From positions 4,960,001 to 5,024,000 of the forward strand of contig OY969695.1 of NCBI GenBank assembly GCA_963701965.1: DNA of 64,000 nucleotides, read 5' to 3'. The notes beneath the pieces were generated by a model that did no database searches, had not been told where the DNA came from, and saw only the letters and a list, made by a program, of their open reading frames with translations. Below are positions 10,833 to 20,827 of the stretch, one piece after another. The stretch is from an uncultured Gemmatimonadales bacterium (lineage in GTDB: Bacteria > Gemmatimonadota > Gemmatimonadetes > Gemmatimonadales > Gemmatimonadaceae). Position 1 is the first letter of the stretch. Every line of letters begins with the position of its first letter. A program made the position numbers and the translations under genes.

Positions 10833-11405
10833 TTAGCCTTCTTGCACCGTGCGCCACGCATCGACTAGTCCGCGGGGCTTGAGTTGCGCGACCAATGCGT
10901 GTTGGTCGAGCGTGTCGCCGAGCTCGCGTACCATTGCTCGAAGATCGCGTGGGTGCTTGTCGGACCCTCCGTCTCGCCAATACTCGAGCTTCCGAATGAT
11001 CACGTATTCCGGCGGAGCGACCCATACGCGCTCGTCACCGACGGAGATGCTCGTGCGCCGTGCGAAAGCCCAGTCATGCAGGGGATCGACTCCGGCTGGA
11101 TAGATGTCGGCTTTGAGGGCCGTCGCGACGTGGATCACGTTGAAATGACCATGCGCGGGCCGGCGCGCTTCGTCGGCTATCACCTCGACCGCCCGCACAT
11201 AGAACGCATCGGGATCGAACGCACCGGCGAAACGCGTCGAGTCCCGAGGCGACAACGTGATCACGAGATCAATGTCGTTGGTGAGTCGCGGTTCGCCGTA
11301 GATGGTGGCGGCGACGGCGCCCGTCACCATGTACGTCAGGCCGAGGGCGTTGAGCGGGGCGACGAAGAGCCCGATGAGGTCCGGCGATCCCTCAGGTGAC
11401 GGCAC
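10833..11405 (-). CDS. nucleotidyltransferase toxin, MenT1/DUF6036-like
   Basis: YMVTGAVAATIYGEPRLTNDIDLVI (G..DxD NTase signature), PEYVIIRKL, DKHPRDL. Confidence 0.8.
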   Translation of the reverse strand: MPSPEGSPDLIGLFVAPLNALGLTYMVTGAVAATIYGEPRLTNDIDLVITLSPRDSTRFAGAFDPDAFYVRAVEVIADEARRPAHGHFNVIHVATALKADIYPAGVDPLHDWAFARRTSISVGDERVWVAPPEYVIIRKLEYWRDGGSDKHPRDLRAMVRELGDTLDQHALVAQLKPRGLVDAWRTVQEG

Positions 11406-11595
11406 GGAGGAAGATCTGTCGGACGCGCTCCTCGACTTCCGTGTCGCTCAAACCGGGTTCGCGAAGGCGCACACCGGCCTTGACCAGCGCCCACGCCGTT
11501 TCGCGGAGCTGATGCGCGACCGCGAGTTTCTGCCCGGGTGAAAGAGCATATCCCCGAGACGAGGCGCGATGTCCTGAATCCCCTGCATCTACCAT
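11392..11595 (-). CDS. small helical antitoxin-like protein (MenA1-like), 67 aa
   Basis: ATG 11595 in the C-terminal part of ORF 11392..12405. LSPGQKLAVAHQLRETAWALVKAGVRLREPGLSDTEVEERV; overlaps the NTase start. Confidence 0.7.
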   Translation of the reverse strand: MVDAGDSGHRASSRGYALSPGQKLAVAHQLRETAWALVKAGVRLREPGLSDTEVEERVRQIFLRAVT

Positions 11596-11644
11596 ATTGT
11601 TGGGCGGCCCGGCCAGGAGCAGACGACAAAACATAACCCGGCGT

Positions 11645-11674
11645 TTGACTTGTCGCCGCGCGCGTGATGAGATT
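11645..11674 (+). promoter_or_regulatory. possible sigma70 promoter for ppc
   Basis: TTGACT at 11645; weak -10 (GAGATT, 18-nt spacer) just before GTG 11680. Confidence 0.35.
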
Positions 11675-11679
11675 GCGCG

Positions 11680-14310
11680 GTGACAATCGCCGCTGATGTC
11701 GACCCGGTCGAGCTGCTGCTCGGTCTGCTGGAGTCCGTCGTCAGAGAGCGCCACCCCGAGGCCGCCGCGGCGCTCCGCGGCGAAGAGGCCGGCGGACGGC
11801 GGGACCCGCGCACGATCGGACGGGTGCTGCAGGCCCAGGGACAGTGGTTCCATCTGCTCGCCCTCGCCGAACAGTACACCGCCTTTCGGGCGCGACGTCA
11901 CGCCGAGGCGAGTGGCACCTTCACTCGCGTGATAAAGGAAGCCAAAGACCGCGGCGTGTCGCGCGAGACCGTCGAAGCCTGCGTGGCCGCGCTCCATATC
12001 GTTCCCGTGATCACCGCGCACCCGACCGAGGCCCGCCGCGTGACCGTGCTGGAAAAGCACCGGCGCATTTACGCCGCGCTCGAAGACATCTGCGAACGGC
12101 GCTGGGCGCCGGCGGAGCAAGCCAAACGCATCGACGCACTCCGCAACGAAATCGATCTCCTGTGGCTCACCGGCGAGCTCAAGCTGCAGAAGCCCACCGT
12201 CCAACAGGAGATCGACTGGGGCCTCTACTTCTTTGGGGAAACGCTGTTCGATACCGTGTCCGTGCTCCAGGACCGTCTCGCCGACGCCGTGCGCGAACAG
12301 TATCCCGACGCCGCGCCGCGCAGTGCGATGTTCCTGGAGTTCGGCTCGTGGGTGGGCGGCGACCGCGATGGGAATCCATTCGTCACCGTCGACCTCACCC
12401 GACACGCCGTCCGCGAAAACCGGCTGGCCAGCCTCCGGCGCTACGAGCAGCGCCTGACCGCGCTCCGTGGCCTACTCAGCATCTCGCAGGAGGTCTTGAG
12501 TCTCCCGTTCTGGTTCCAGCGCGCCCTCGTCCACGCGCTGGCCCAGAGCGGCGACGCCGCGCGGATCGCGGAGCGGAACCCGAACGAGCTCTTTCGCCAG
12601 TACATCTCGTTCATGCTGCGGCGCATCGCCTCGACCATCGCCCACGCCGAACGCGGATGGTCGGACACCGCCACCCCGCGGTACGAGTCCTCCGATGAGC
12701 TGCTGTCCGACCTGGGCGTCATTCAGCGCGCCCTCGAAGAGGCGCGATCAGAGGCGTTGGCCCGGTCGCTCGTGCGTCCCATCCGCCGCGAAGTCGAGGT
12801 GTTCCGGTTCTCTACGGCGCGCCTCGATCTCCGCGAGCACGCATCCCGCATCGCGAGCGCGGTGGAGGCCATCGCCGGGACGCTGCCAGCCGGAGCCAAC
12901 CGGCGACAGTGGTTGCTCGCCAAGCTGGCGACGCCACGCCCGGCAGGCGCGCCGTCGCCCACCGCCGACGCCACCCTGGGCGTCTTCACGCTCGTTCGCG
13001 AGCTGCGCGACACGGTCGACCGACACGCCTTCGGCAGCTACATCATCTCGGGCACGAGCGGCGCCGACGACCTCCTGCACGCCTATCTCCTGGCCAAGGA
13101 GGCCGGTCTCTACTCCGACGCCCTGGCCGTGGAACGGTGCACCCTGCCCATCGTGCCGCTGTTCGAGACGATCGCCGACCTCCGCGCCGCGCCCGCGATC
13201 ATGCGCGAGATCCTCGCCGTGCCGCTCGTGCGCCGCAGCGTCCGCGGTGGCTCTCAGGAAGTCATGATCGGGTACTCCGACTCCAACAAAGACGGCGGAT
13301 TTCTGACGGCGACGTGGGAGCTCAGCAAAGCGCAATCCAAGCTCACGCGCGTCGGCCAGGAGGCGGGCATCCCGATCTCGTTCTTCCACGGCCGCGGCGG
13401 CTCGGTCGGGCGCGGCGGCGCGCCGACCGGCCGTGCGATCTCGGCCCAGCCGGCTGGGTCGATCGGGTCCACCGTGCGCCTCACGGAACAGGGCGAGGTG
13501 GTGTCATTCAAATACGGCACGCGGGACGCGGCGCTCTATCAGCTGGAGCTTCTCTCCGCGAGCGTGCTCGGACACATGCTGGGTCGGGGCATGGAAGAGC
13601 CGACGTCCGAGTTCGCCGAGGCAATGGAGGCCCTGTCGGGAGCGGCGTTTGCCGCCTACCGGGGCCTCGTCGAGCACCCGGCATTCTTCCATTACTACAG
13701 CGCCGCCTCGCCGATCGAAGAGCTCGCCTGGCTCAACCTGGGCTCCCGGCCAGCGCGCCGGTCCAACGCCCGGGCGCTCACCGATCTCCGGGCCATCCCG
13801 TGGGTCTTCGCCTGGCTCCAGAACCGACACTGCGTGCCGGGCTGGTACGCCATCGGGAGCGCCGTCGGCGCGTTTTTGCAGATCCGCGGCGCCCGGGGCG
13901 AGGCGCTCCTGGGCCGGATGTTCGCCGGGTTTCCGGTGTTTCAACTGATCCTGGACGAGGCCGAAAAGACGCTTTTGCAAGTCAATGTGCCGTTGATGCG
14001 CGCCTACGCCGATCTCGTCGAGGACGACGGTGAGCGCCGGGCGATTTTGACGCTCATCGAGACGGAGCTGGCACGCACAATCGAGGGTATCCTGCGGATC
14101 ACGGGCGAGCGCGAGATCGCCGAACGGTTCCCGCGACTCCGCGAGCGCATCGCCCGGCGCCGGGCCATGCTCGATCGCGTGGCGCGGGAGCAGATCGAGC
14201 TCCTCCGCCTGGTCCGCCATACCGCCGATCCCGACCAGCGCAACGCGTACCTCTCGGCGCTGCTCAATTCGATCAACTGTATCGCCGCGGGTTTCGGGAC
14301 GACTGGATAG
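11680..14310 (+). CDS. ppc: phosphoenolpyruvate carboxylase
   Basis: VITAHPTE, SWVGGDRDGNP, VMIGYSDSNKDGG, FHGRGGSVGRGG, LRAIPWVFAW. Confidence 0.97.
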   Translation: MTIAADVDPVELLLGLLESVVRERHPEAAAALRGEEAGGRRDPRTIGRVLQAQGQWFHLLALAEQYTAFRARRHAEASGTFTRVIKEAKDRGVSRETVEACVAALHIVPVITAHPTEARRVTVLEKHRRIYAALEDICERRWAPAEQAKRIDALRNEIDLLWLTGELKLQKPTVQQEIDWGLYFFGETLFDTVSVLQDRLADAVREQYPDAAPRSAMFLEFGSWVGGDRDGNPFVTVDLTRHAVRENRLASLRRYEQRLTALRGLLSISQEVLSLPFWFQRALVHALAQSGDAARIAERNPNELFRQYISFMLRRIASTIAHAERGWSDTATPRYESSDELLSDLGVIQRALEEARSEALARSLVRPIRREVEVFRFSTARLDLREHASRIASAVEAIAGTLPAGANRRQWLLAKLATPRPAGAPSPTADATLGVFTLVRELRDTVDRHAFGSYIISGTSGADDLLHAYLLAKEAGLYSDALAVERCTLPIVPLFETIADLRAAPAIMREILAVPLVRRSVRGGSQEVMIGYSDSNKDGGFLTATWELSKAQSKLTRVGQEAGIPISFFHGRGGSVGRGGAPTGRAISAQPAGSIGSTVRLTEQGEVVSFKYGTRDAALYQLELLSASVLGHMLGRGMEEPTSEFAEAMEALSGAAFAAYRGLVEHPAFFHYYSAASPIEELAWLNLGSRPARRSNARALTDLRAIPWVFAWLQNRHCVPGWYAIGSAVGAFLQIRGARGEALLGRMFAGFPVFQLILDEAEKTLLQVNVPLMRAYADLVEDDGERRAILTLIETELARTIEGILRITGEREIAERFPRLRERIARRRAMLDRVAREQIELLRLVRHTADPDQRNAYLSALLNSINCIAAGFGTTG

Positions 14311-14356
14311 CTCGTACATTCCCGGCGCCCTTCGACCGGAACTTTCGGACTCCCCC

Positions 14357-15844
14357 ATGCCCCTCACGATCGCCGTCCGCCGCGCCGAGCTCGGCGCCAA
14401 TACCCCCCTCCTCGTCGTCGCGCTCCCACCCGACGCCACGCTGTCACCGCCCCTGACGGCGCTCGACGGCGCGCTTGGCGGCGCCCTTGGCCGCACCCTC
14501 GCCCGCAAGGACTTTCGCGGGGGTCGCGACGAAGCGCTGCACCTGACCGGATCGGCCAATGGACCCCAGCGGGTGTTGCTGGTCGGTCTCGGCAAGGAGA
14601 AGAACCGCGCTTTGGCCCTGCGGCGCGCGGCCACGTTGGCCGGACGCCGCGCGCACGGCATGGGCGTCGGCAGCGTGTCGTGGTTCGCCAATGCCATGAC
14701 CGAAGCGGAGATCGAACAGGTCGCCGTCGGGCTTCAGCTGGGTGCCTGGGAATACACGGATCTCAAGACTCCGCCTCCGGAGGACGAGCGCCGCGCGCCC
14801 TTGTCCAATGTGACGATCTTGCTCGGCGATCCCCAGATCACCATCGCCGACGCCGAACGCGCCGTCGCGGCGGCGCGCGCCATTGGCGATGGCTACGACA
14901 TCGCGCGCCGCGCGTCGATGATGCCGGGCAACCTGTGTACGCCGGACTACTTCGCGGACACCGCGCGGGCGATCGGCCGCCGGCACGGACTGGAAGTGGT
15001 CGTCCTCGGCCGGGCGGAGATGGAATCGCTGGCAATGGGATCGTTCCTGAGCGTTGCCCAGGGCACCACGCAGGATCCCAAGCTCATCGTGATCCAGTAC
15101 CGGGGCGCTCCCGAGACAGAGAAACCGATTGCCCTGGTGGGGAAGGGCCTGTGCTTCGATAGCGGCGGGATCTCCATCAAGCCCGCCCAAGGCATGGAGT
15201 TCATGAAGTTCGACATGTGCGGCGCCGCGGGCGTGCTCGGCGCGATGGAAGCCATCGCCGGTCTCAAGCTCGAGCTGAACGTCGTCGGATTGATCGGCAC
15301 CACCACCAACATGCCGTCCGGCGAAGCCGTCAAACCCGGCGACGTCGTCAAAGCGGCGTCCGGCAAGTCGATCGAGGTGATCAACACCGATGCCGAGGGA
15401 CGCCTGGTCCTGGCCAATGTCCTGCACTACGCCAAGCGCTACGACCCGGTGGCGATCGTCAATGCCGCCACGCTGACGGGCGCCTGTGTCATCGCCCTGG
15501 GGCACATCGCGACCGGCGTGTTCGGCACCGACCAGTCGCTGGTCGACGAGGTGCTGGCCGCGGGCACGCGGTCCGCGGAACGCGGCTGGGCCCTCCCGCT
15601 GTGGGATGAGTATCACGACCAGATCAAATCGGACGTGGCCGATCTCAAGAACACCGGCGGACGCCCGGCCGGCGCGATCACCGCGGCCAAGTTCCTCCAG
15701 GCGTTCGTGGAAGGGGTGCCCTGGGTCCATCTCGACATCGCCGGCACTGCGTATTCGGAATCGGATCTCACGGTGATACCAAAGGGCCCGACCGGGGTAC
15801 CAGTCGGCATGTTTGTCGAGTTCGCCCGCGCGAGGGTTCACTGA
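14357..15844 (+). CDS. pepA: leucyl aminopeptidase (M17)
   Basis: GKGLCFDSGG, MKFDMCG, NTDAEGRL, ATLTGA, WVHLDIAG. Confidence 0.97.
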   Translation: MPLTIAVRRAELGANTPLLVVALPPDATLSPPLTALDGALGGALGRTLARKDFRGGRDEALHLTGSANGPQRVLLVGLGKEKNRALALRRAATLAGRRAHGMGVGSVSWFANAMTEAEIEQVAVGLQLGAWEYTDLKTPPPEDERRAPLSNVTILLGDPQITIADAERAVAAARAIGDGYDIARRASMMPGNLCTPDYFADTARAIGRRHGLEVVVLGRAEMESLAMGSFLSVAQGTTQDPKLIVIQYRGAPETEKPIALVGKGLCFDSGGISIKPAQGMEFMKFDMCGAAGVLGAMEAIAGLKLELNVVGLIGTTTNMPSGEAVKPGDVVKAASGKSIEVINTDAEGRLVLANVLHYAKRYDPVAIVNAATLTGACVIALGHIATGVFGTDQSLVDEVLAAGTRSAERGWALPLWDEYHDQIKSDVADLKNTGGRPAGAITAAKFLQAFVEGVPWVHLDIAGTAYSESDLTVIPKGPTGVPVGMFVEFARARVH

Positions 15845-17812
15845 GCAGCCTCGCGCGACGCTGGTGGGCGGTGCTCGGCCTCGGCCTGATAGCCGGGGCC
15901 GTTTGTTACGCGCCCGTCTGCGCGGCGCAGCAACCCCCGGAAAGCGTCCCGCCGCCGTCGCAGCCCCCGCCGCCGCTCGACACAGGCGGGGTCGATACCT
16001 CGGGCGTCGCCCGCGGCGCGCACGCCGACTCGATCAAAGCGCTGTATCACCCGGACACGACGCGCTCCCGGGCGCCCCTGGCCCACGCGCCGGTCCCGCA
16101 GCTCCTGGAGCCGGGCGAGAACTACCGGTGGGATCGCGCCCAACTCCAATCGATGGGCATCCAGACGATGGCCGATCTCCTGTCCCGCGTCCCGGGGTTT
16201 ACCGGCTTCGCGGCGGGATGGATCTCGACACCGATGAACGGCGCCTATCTCGGCGACATCGCCCGCGTGCGCGTGTTCTACGACGGAATCGAGCTGGACG
16301 CGCTCAACAATCGACTGCGCGGCAATCAAGACTTGGCCACGATCCAACTGTGGACGCTCGAGGAAGTCACGGTCGAGCGGGGTGCATCGGAACTGCGCGT
16401 GTATTGCCGTAGCTGGCGCGCCAACCGCGTGACCCCCTACTCGCAAGCCGACGTGCTCACGGGCAACGAGTCGACGAATCTCTACCGCGCCTACTACGGC
16501 CAACGGTTCGGATCGGGTGAAGCCGTGCAGGTCGGCGCTACCCAATTCAACAACACCGGGCAGTTCGGCGGCGGCGGCTCGGAGTCGTCGATCATGGTGC
16601 GTTTGGGCTACGCGTCCGGCGGCTGGTCGATCAATGGATTCGCGATGCGCACGACGCGGGGAATGGACCAACTCCAGTCGTCGGATCCGTTTCTTCCGAC
16701 CACGTTCATCCCCGACCTCGAATCCCAGCGCACGGACGCGTATTTCCGCGTGGCCTACGGCGATCCCGACCACGGACGGCCGTGGTTCCAGGCGATCGCG
16801 TCGTCGATGGCGTTCAAGAATACGAGCCCCATCGGGACCCAGCAGCTGGTGACCGATACCACGCAGCTCTTCGTCGCGCCCACGGCGACGCAACGCATCG
16901 ACAGCGTCAGCTCGGAGTCGCAGTACGTGCTCTCCGGCGGCATGACGCTGCTCGGGCTCCACCTCAGTGCCGCGGACCGGTATCGCGTGTTCGGGAGCAT
17001 CGCGAACTACAACACGGGCGAGCTGCGCGCGAGCTTCGACAATCCGGTCCTCGGTGCCTCGTTCTTCGTGCAGCTCAATGGGTTCACCGACGGCCGGGCC
17101 GACACGTCGGCGGTGGCCTCACTGGCCCCGACGCTGTTCGACGAAGAGGAGCTCACCGTGCGATTCTCGCCGCTGCCCTTCGTGCGATTTGTCGGTACCG
17201 CGAGCCGGTGGACGCCGAAGAACCTGGTCACGAATCCCGAGCCCACGTCGACGACGGCGCGGCTGGAAGCGGGCCTCCGACTGCACCAGGGGCTGTGGCT
17301 CACGGGTGGTGTCATCCGCCAGCAGGATACCACGGTGGAGGCGGCGCCCACGGTCTACGACACCACGATGCAAGTCGCGCGCATCGGCCCGTCGACGGGC
17401 ATCGTGGCCTCGCTCCGCGGACGGCTGTGGCGTTCGATCTACGTCGACATGAGCGGCATCGACTGGAACAGCGCCCAGCCATACCGGCCACAGTACGAGG
17501 GGCGCGCCGAAGCGTATTTCCAGACCGAATGGTTGTCGCATTTCCCGCGACACACGTTCGCCATCAAGGCCGGGGGGGCGTTCGACTACCGGAGCGCGAC
17601 CATCTTTCCGGCGACGTCGGCGCCCAATGGCGCGTTCTATACGGTCGGCGACACCCGCGTGTACACCCTGCTGGCCGAGATTCGCATCCTCCAAGGCACG
17701 CTGACGTGGCAACTCCGAAATGCCAGCGGGTACCCGTACTTCCTCGTGCCCGGATACCAGAATGCCGCGGCAGGTCAATATCTATGGGTTGCGCTGGTCC
17801 TTCTGGAATTGA
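15841..17812 (+). CDS. outer-membrane beta-barrel protein with N-terminal plug-like domain; apparent 1-nt insertion at ~17761
   Basis: Signal peptide; plug-like MADLLSRVPG and LEEVTVERG; amphipathic strands. Removing one A at 17761 gives the barrel-type C-terminus PGYQMPRQVNIYGLRWSFWN*. Confidence 0.7.
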
Positions 17813-17837
17813 CAAGGTCGTTGTGCCGTCATAACTT
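17809..17837 (+). promoter_or_regulatory. sigma70-type promoter for the yicC-gmk-rpoZ operon
   Basis: TTGACA-N17-TAACTT. Confidence 0.65.
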
Positions 17838-17843
17838 AGCCGC

Positions 17844-18737
17844 TTGGCTACTGTACGGAGCATGACCGGGTTCGGCTCGGCGGACGGTATGGTAGGGCGA
17901 GTCCGCGTGAGCGTCGAAGTACGCACCGTGAATCATCGGTTCTTCAACCCGGCCATCAAGCTCCCGCCCGCCTTCGCGGCCTGGGAAGGCGATGTGCGCG
18001 AAGCGTTGCGATCGGCGATTGCCCGCGGCCATGTCAGCGTCTCCGTGCGAACGCATCGTGACATCGCGGATTCGAGCGGCGGCGTAGATGAAAGTCGATT
18101 CGCGGCTTACGCCGCTCATCTCAAAGCCCTGCGCGACCGGTATGCGCTCGGCGGAGAGGTCGACGTCGCCACGGTGCTGCGGATGCCTGACGTCCTGGTC
18201 AGCGCGGCGTCGGATCTCGATCAGCCCGGCGGAACGGCGGAGGAGTTGGTCACCATTCTCGGGCGCGCCATCGAGGCCCTGACCGCCATGCGGGAGGCGG
18301 AGGGGGCCCGGCTGGCCAGTTACCTCACGGACCGGGTGGCGATCATTGGGGCAGCGGTAGACCGTTTGGCGGCTCGGGCCCCGGCACGGGTCATCGAACA
18401 GCACGCCCGATTACGTGCGGCTGTCGTGGCGTTGACCGACGGCGTCGCGGTCGATCCCCAGCGCCTGGCGCAGGAAATCGCGATTCTGGCGGACCGGATA
18501 GACGTGAGTGAAGAGCTGGACCGGTTTCAGGCCCACATCGCCGCGTTCCGGGATGCGCTCGGGGGGAGCCGGGATAACGACGGGGTGGGGAAGAAACTCG
18601 GGTTCCTGGTGCAGGAGCTTTTGCGTGAAGCGAACACGACCGGAAGCAAAGCCAACGATGCGGCCATGATGCACGACGTCGTGTTGATCAAGGAAGAGTT
18701 GGAACGGATCCGGGAGCAAGTGGACAACCTGGAATGA
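17844..18737 (+). CDS. yicC: YicC/YloC family endoribonuclease
   Basis: SMTGFG, VNHRF, DVSEELDR, GKKLGFLVQELLREANTTGSK, IREQVDNLE; upstream of gmk. Confidence 0.95.
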   Translation: MATVRSMTGFGSADGMVGRVRVSVEVRTVNHRFFNPAIKLPPAFAAWEGDVREALRSAIARGHVSVSVRTHRDIADSSGGVDESRFAAYAAHLKALRDRYALGGEVDVATVLRMPDVLVSAASDLDQPGGTAEELVTILGRAIEALTAMREAEGARLASYLTDRVAIIGAAVDRLAARAPARVIEQHARLRAAVVALTDGVAVDPQRLAQEIAILADRIDVSEELDRFQAHIAAFRDALGGSRDNDGVGKKLGFLVQELLREANTTGSKANDAAMMHDVVLIKEELERIREQVDNLE

Positions 18738-19378
18738 CGCCTTTTCCGGTGATTCTGTCGTCGCCCTCGGGCGGCGGAAAGACGACTATCCGCAAGGAGT
18801 TGCTGGCGTCGCGACCGGACGTCGGCTACTCGGTCTCGGCGACGACCCGGCGGCCCAGGGCAGCGGAGGTCGACGGGCGCGATTACTATTTCCTGACCGT
18901 CGGCGAGTTCATCGCCAGCCGGGACCGTGGCGAGTTCGCGGAGTCAGCGGAGGTCCACGGGAAGTTGTACGGCACGCTGCGGCGCGAAGTGGACCGGGTG
19001 CTGCAGGCCGGACGCCACGTGATCATGGACATCGACGTGCAGGGGGCGGCGCAGTTCGTCAAGTCGTACCCGCAGTCGGTGTTGATTTTTCTTTTGCCGC
19101 CGTCGGCGGACACGCTGTTGACGCGGCTCGAGGCACGGAAGACCGAAGACCGGTCCGATCTGATCGTGCGGCTGAACGATGCGCGCCGGGAGTTGGGTGC
19201 CGTCGGCCAGTATCATTATCTGGTTGTGAACGGCGATCTGGGACGGGCCGTGCGACAAGTGTCGGCGATCATCGAGGCCGAGTCGGCGCGGTTGGATCGG
19301 ATGCCGGATGTGGTGTCCGGCGTGGAACAGTTGATGGGCGGACTGGATCAAGAGATCGTGCGCCTCGGCGCACCTTGA
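18734..19378 (+). CDS. gmk: guanylate kinase
   Basis: SSPSGGGKT, SATTRRPR, DGRDYYF, YGT, DIDVQG. Confidence 0.97.
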   Translation: MTPFPVILSSPSGGGKTTIRKELLASRPDVGYSVSATTRRPRAAEVDGRDYYFLTVGEFIASRDRGEFAESAEVHGKLYGTLRREVDRVLQAGRHVIMDIDVQGAAQFVKSYPQSVLIFLLPPSADTLLTRLEARKTEDRSDLIVRLNDARRELGAVGQYHYLVVNGDLGRAVRQVSAIIEAESARLDRMPDVVSGVEQLMGGLDQEIVRLGAP

Positions 19379-19389
19379 GGGGAGTATTG

Positions 19390-19599
19390 ATGCGAGTGTT
19401 CACACCTGGGGAAGTGGCGGCGCACGCGACGAACAAGTACCTCGGCGTGCTGGTGGCGGCGAAGTACGCGCGCGGCCTCAACGAGTTTCCGCGCGATCGC
19501 TCGTTGACGCGCGAGAAGAAACTGACCACGCGTTCGCTGGAAGAGCTGTCGGGCGGCACGATCGAGTATCGCGTCGTACCGCGCCGTCGCCCCGAGTAG
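19390..19599 (+). CDS. rpoZ: RNA polymerase omega subunit
   Basis: NKYLGVLVAAKYAR...SLEEL; position between gmk and coaBC; RBS GAGGGGAG. Confidence 0.85.
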   Translation: MRVFTPGEVAAHATNKYLGVLVAAKYARGLNEFPRDRSLTREKKLTTRSLEELSGGTIEYRVVPRRRPE

Positions 19600-19621
19600 G
19601 TCTCCGGGACGAAGGCCCGCC

Positions 19622-20827
19622 GTGCGGCCATTCGCGCAGCGCCGGGTGTTGCTCGGCGTCACCGGCGGGATCGCGAGCTACAAGTCGGTGACCCTGGCCC
19701 GGCTCCTGACGACAGCGGGCGCCGAGGTCGACATCGTGCAAACGCGCGCCGCCATGGAGTTCGTCGGCGCGGTCACGTTCGAGGCGGTCACGGGGCGCTC
19801 CGTGTACTCGGAGCTGATCGCGTCCGGGCATGCGCTCGATCACATCCGGTTGGCGCGGGCGGCCCACGCGATCGTCATTGCGCCGGCGACGGCGGATTTC
19901 ATCGCCCGCGCGGTCATGGGGCGGGCCGATGATCTCCTGAGCGCGGCGCTGCTGGCGGCCGACGCACCCGTGCTCATTGTGCCGGCGATGAACGATCGCA
20001 TGTGGGCGCATGGCCAGACCGTACGCAACGTCGCGCATCTGCGCGAGCTGGGGTACGGGATCGTAGACCCGGAGACGGGGCCGTTGGCCGTCGGTGAAGG
20101 ATCGGGGCCCGGGCGCATGCCGGAGCCGGAGACGATCTTCGCGCACGTGGGACGGCTGCTCGATGGGGACGGTGTGCTGCGCGGCCGGCGGGTCGTGGTC
20201 ACGGCCGGGGCGACCCGGGAGCCGATCGATCCCGTGCGGTTCATCTCCAATCACAGCTCCGGTCGTATGGGCGTCGCGGTCGCGGCTGCCGCCTGGCGCC
20301 GCGGGGCGGACGTCACACTCATCGCCGGACCGCTCGCGGTGGCGCCGCCGGTTGGCGCGACCGTTGTCTCCGTCGGCACGGCGGCCGAGATGCGGGACGC
20401 CGTGGCGGCGGCGTTGCCGGAGGCCGACGTGCTGATCATGGCCGCGGCGCCCGCGGACTTTCGGCCCGCGACGGTCGCCGACCAGAAGATCAAGAAAGAC
20501 CGGGCGCCGTCGACGCTCGCGTTGGAGCCGACTGACGATATCCTCCTAGCGACCCAGGAGTCCCGCGCGCCCGGAGCTATCATCGTCGGGTTCGCCCTGG
20601 AGACGCAGGCGGCTGTTGCCGGCGGGCGGGACAAGCTGCGGCGCAAAGACCTGGATCTCGTCGTCGTCAATGACGCGACCGAGCCGGGAGCGGGGTTTGC
20701 CGTGGAGACCAATCGCGTCACGCTCGTCGCCGAGGGTGAGCCGGACCAAGTCCTGCCGCTCTTGCCCAAGTCGGAGGTCGCCGACGCGATTCTCGATCGC
20801 GTCGAAGGTCTCCTGCGTGGACGCTAA
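19622..20827 (+). CDS. coaBC: phosphopantothenoylcysteine decarboxylase/ligase
   Basis: GVTGGIASYK, APATA, PAMN, TAGATREPIDPVRFISNHSSGRMG, VGFALET. Confidence 0.97.
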   Translation: MRPFAQRRVLLGVTGGIASYKSVTLARLLTTAGAEVDIVQTRAAMEFVGAVTFEAVTGRSVYSELIASGHALDHIRLARAAHAIVIAPATADFIARAVMGRADDLLSAALLAADAPVLIVPAMNDRMWAHGQTVRNVAHLRELGYGIVDPETGPLAVGEGSGPGRMPEPETIFAHVGRLLDGDGVLRGRRVVVTAGATREPIDPVRFISNHSSGRMGVAVAAAAWRRGADVTLIAGPLAVAPPVGATVVSVGTAAEMRDAVAAALPEADVLIMAAAPADFRPATVADQKIKKDRAPSTLALEPTDDILLATQESRAPGAIIVGFALETQAAVAGGRDKLRRKDLDLVVVNDATEPGAGFAVETNRVTLVAEGEPDQVLPLLPKSEVADAILDRVEGLLRGR

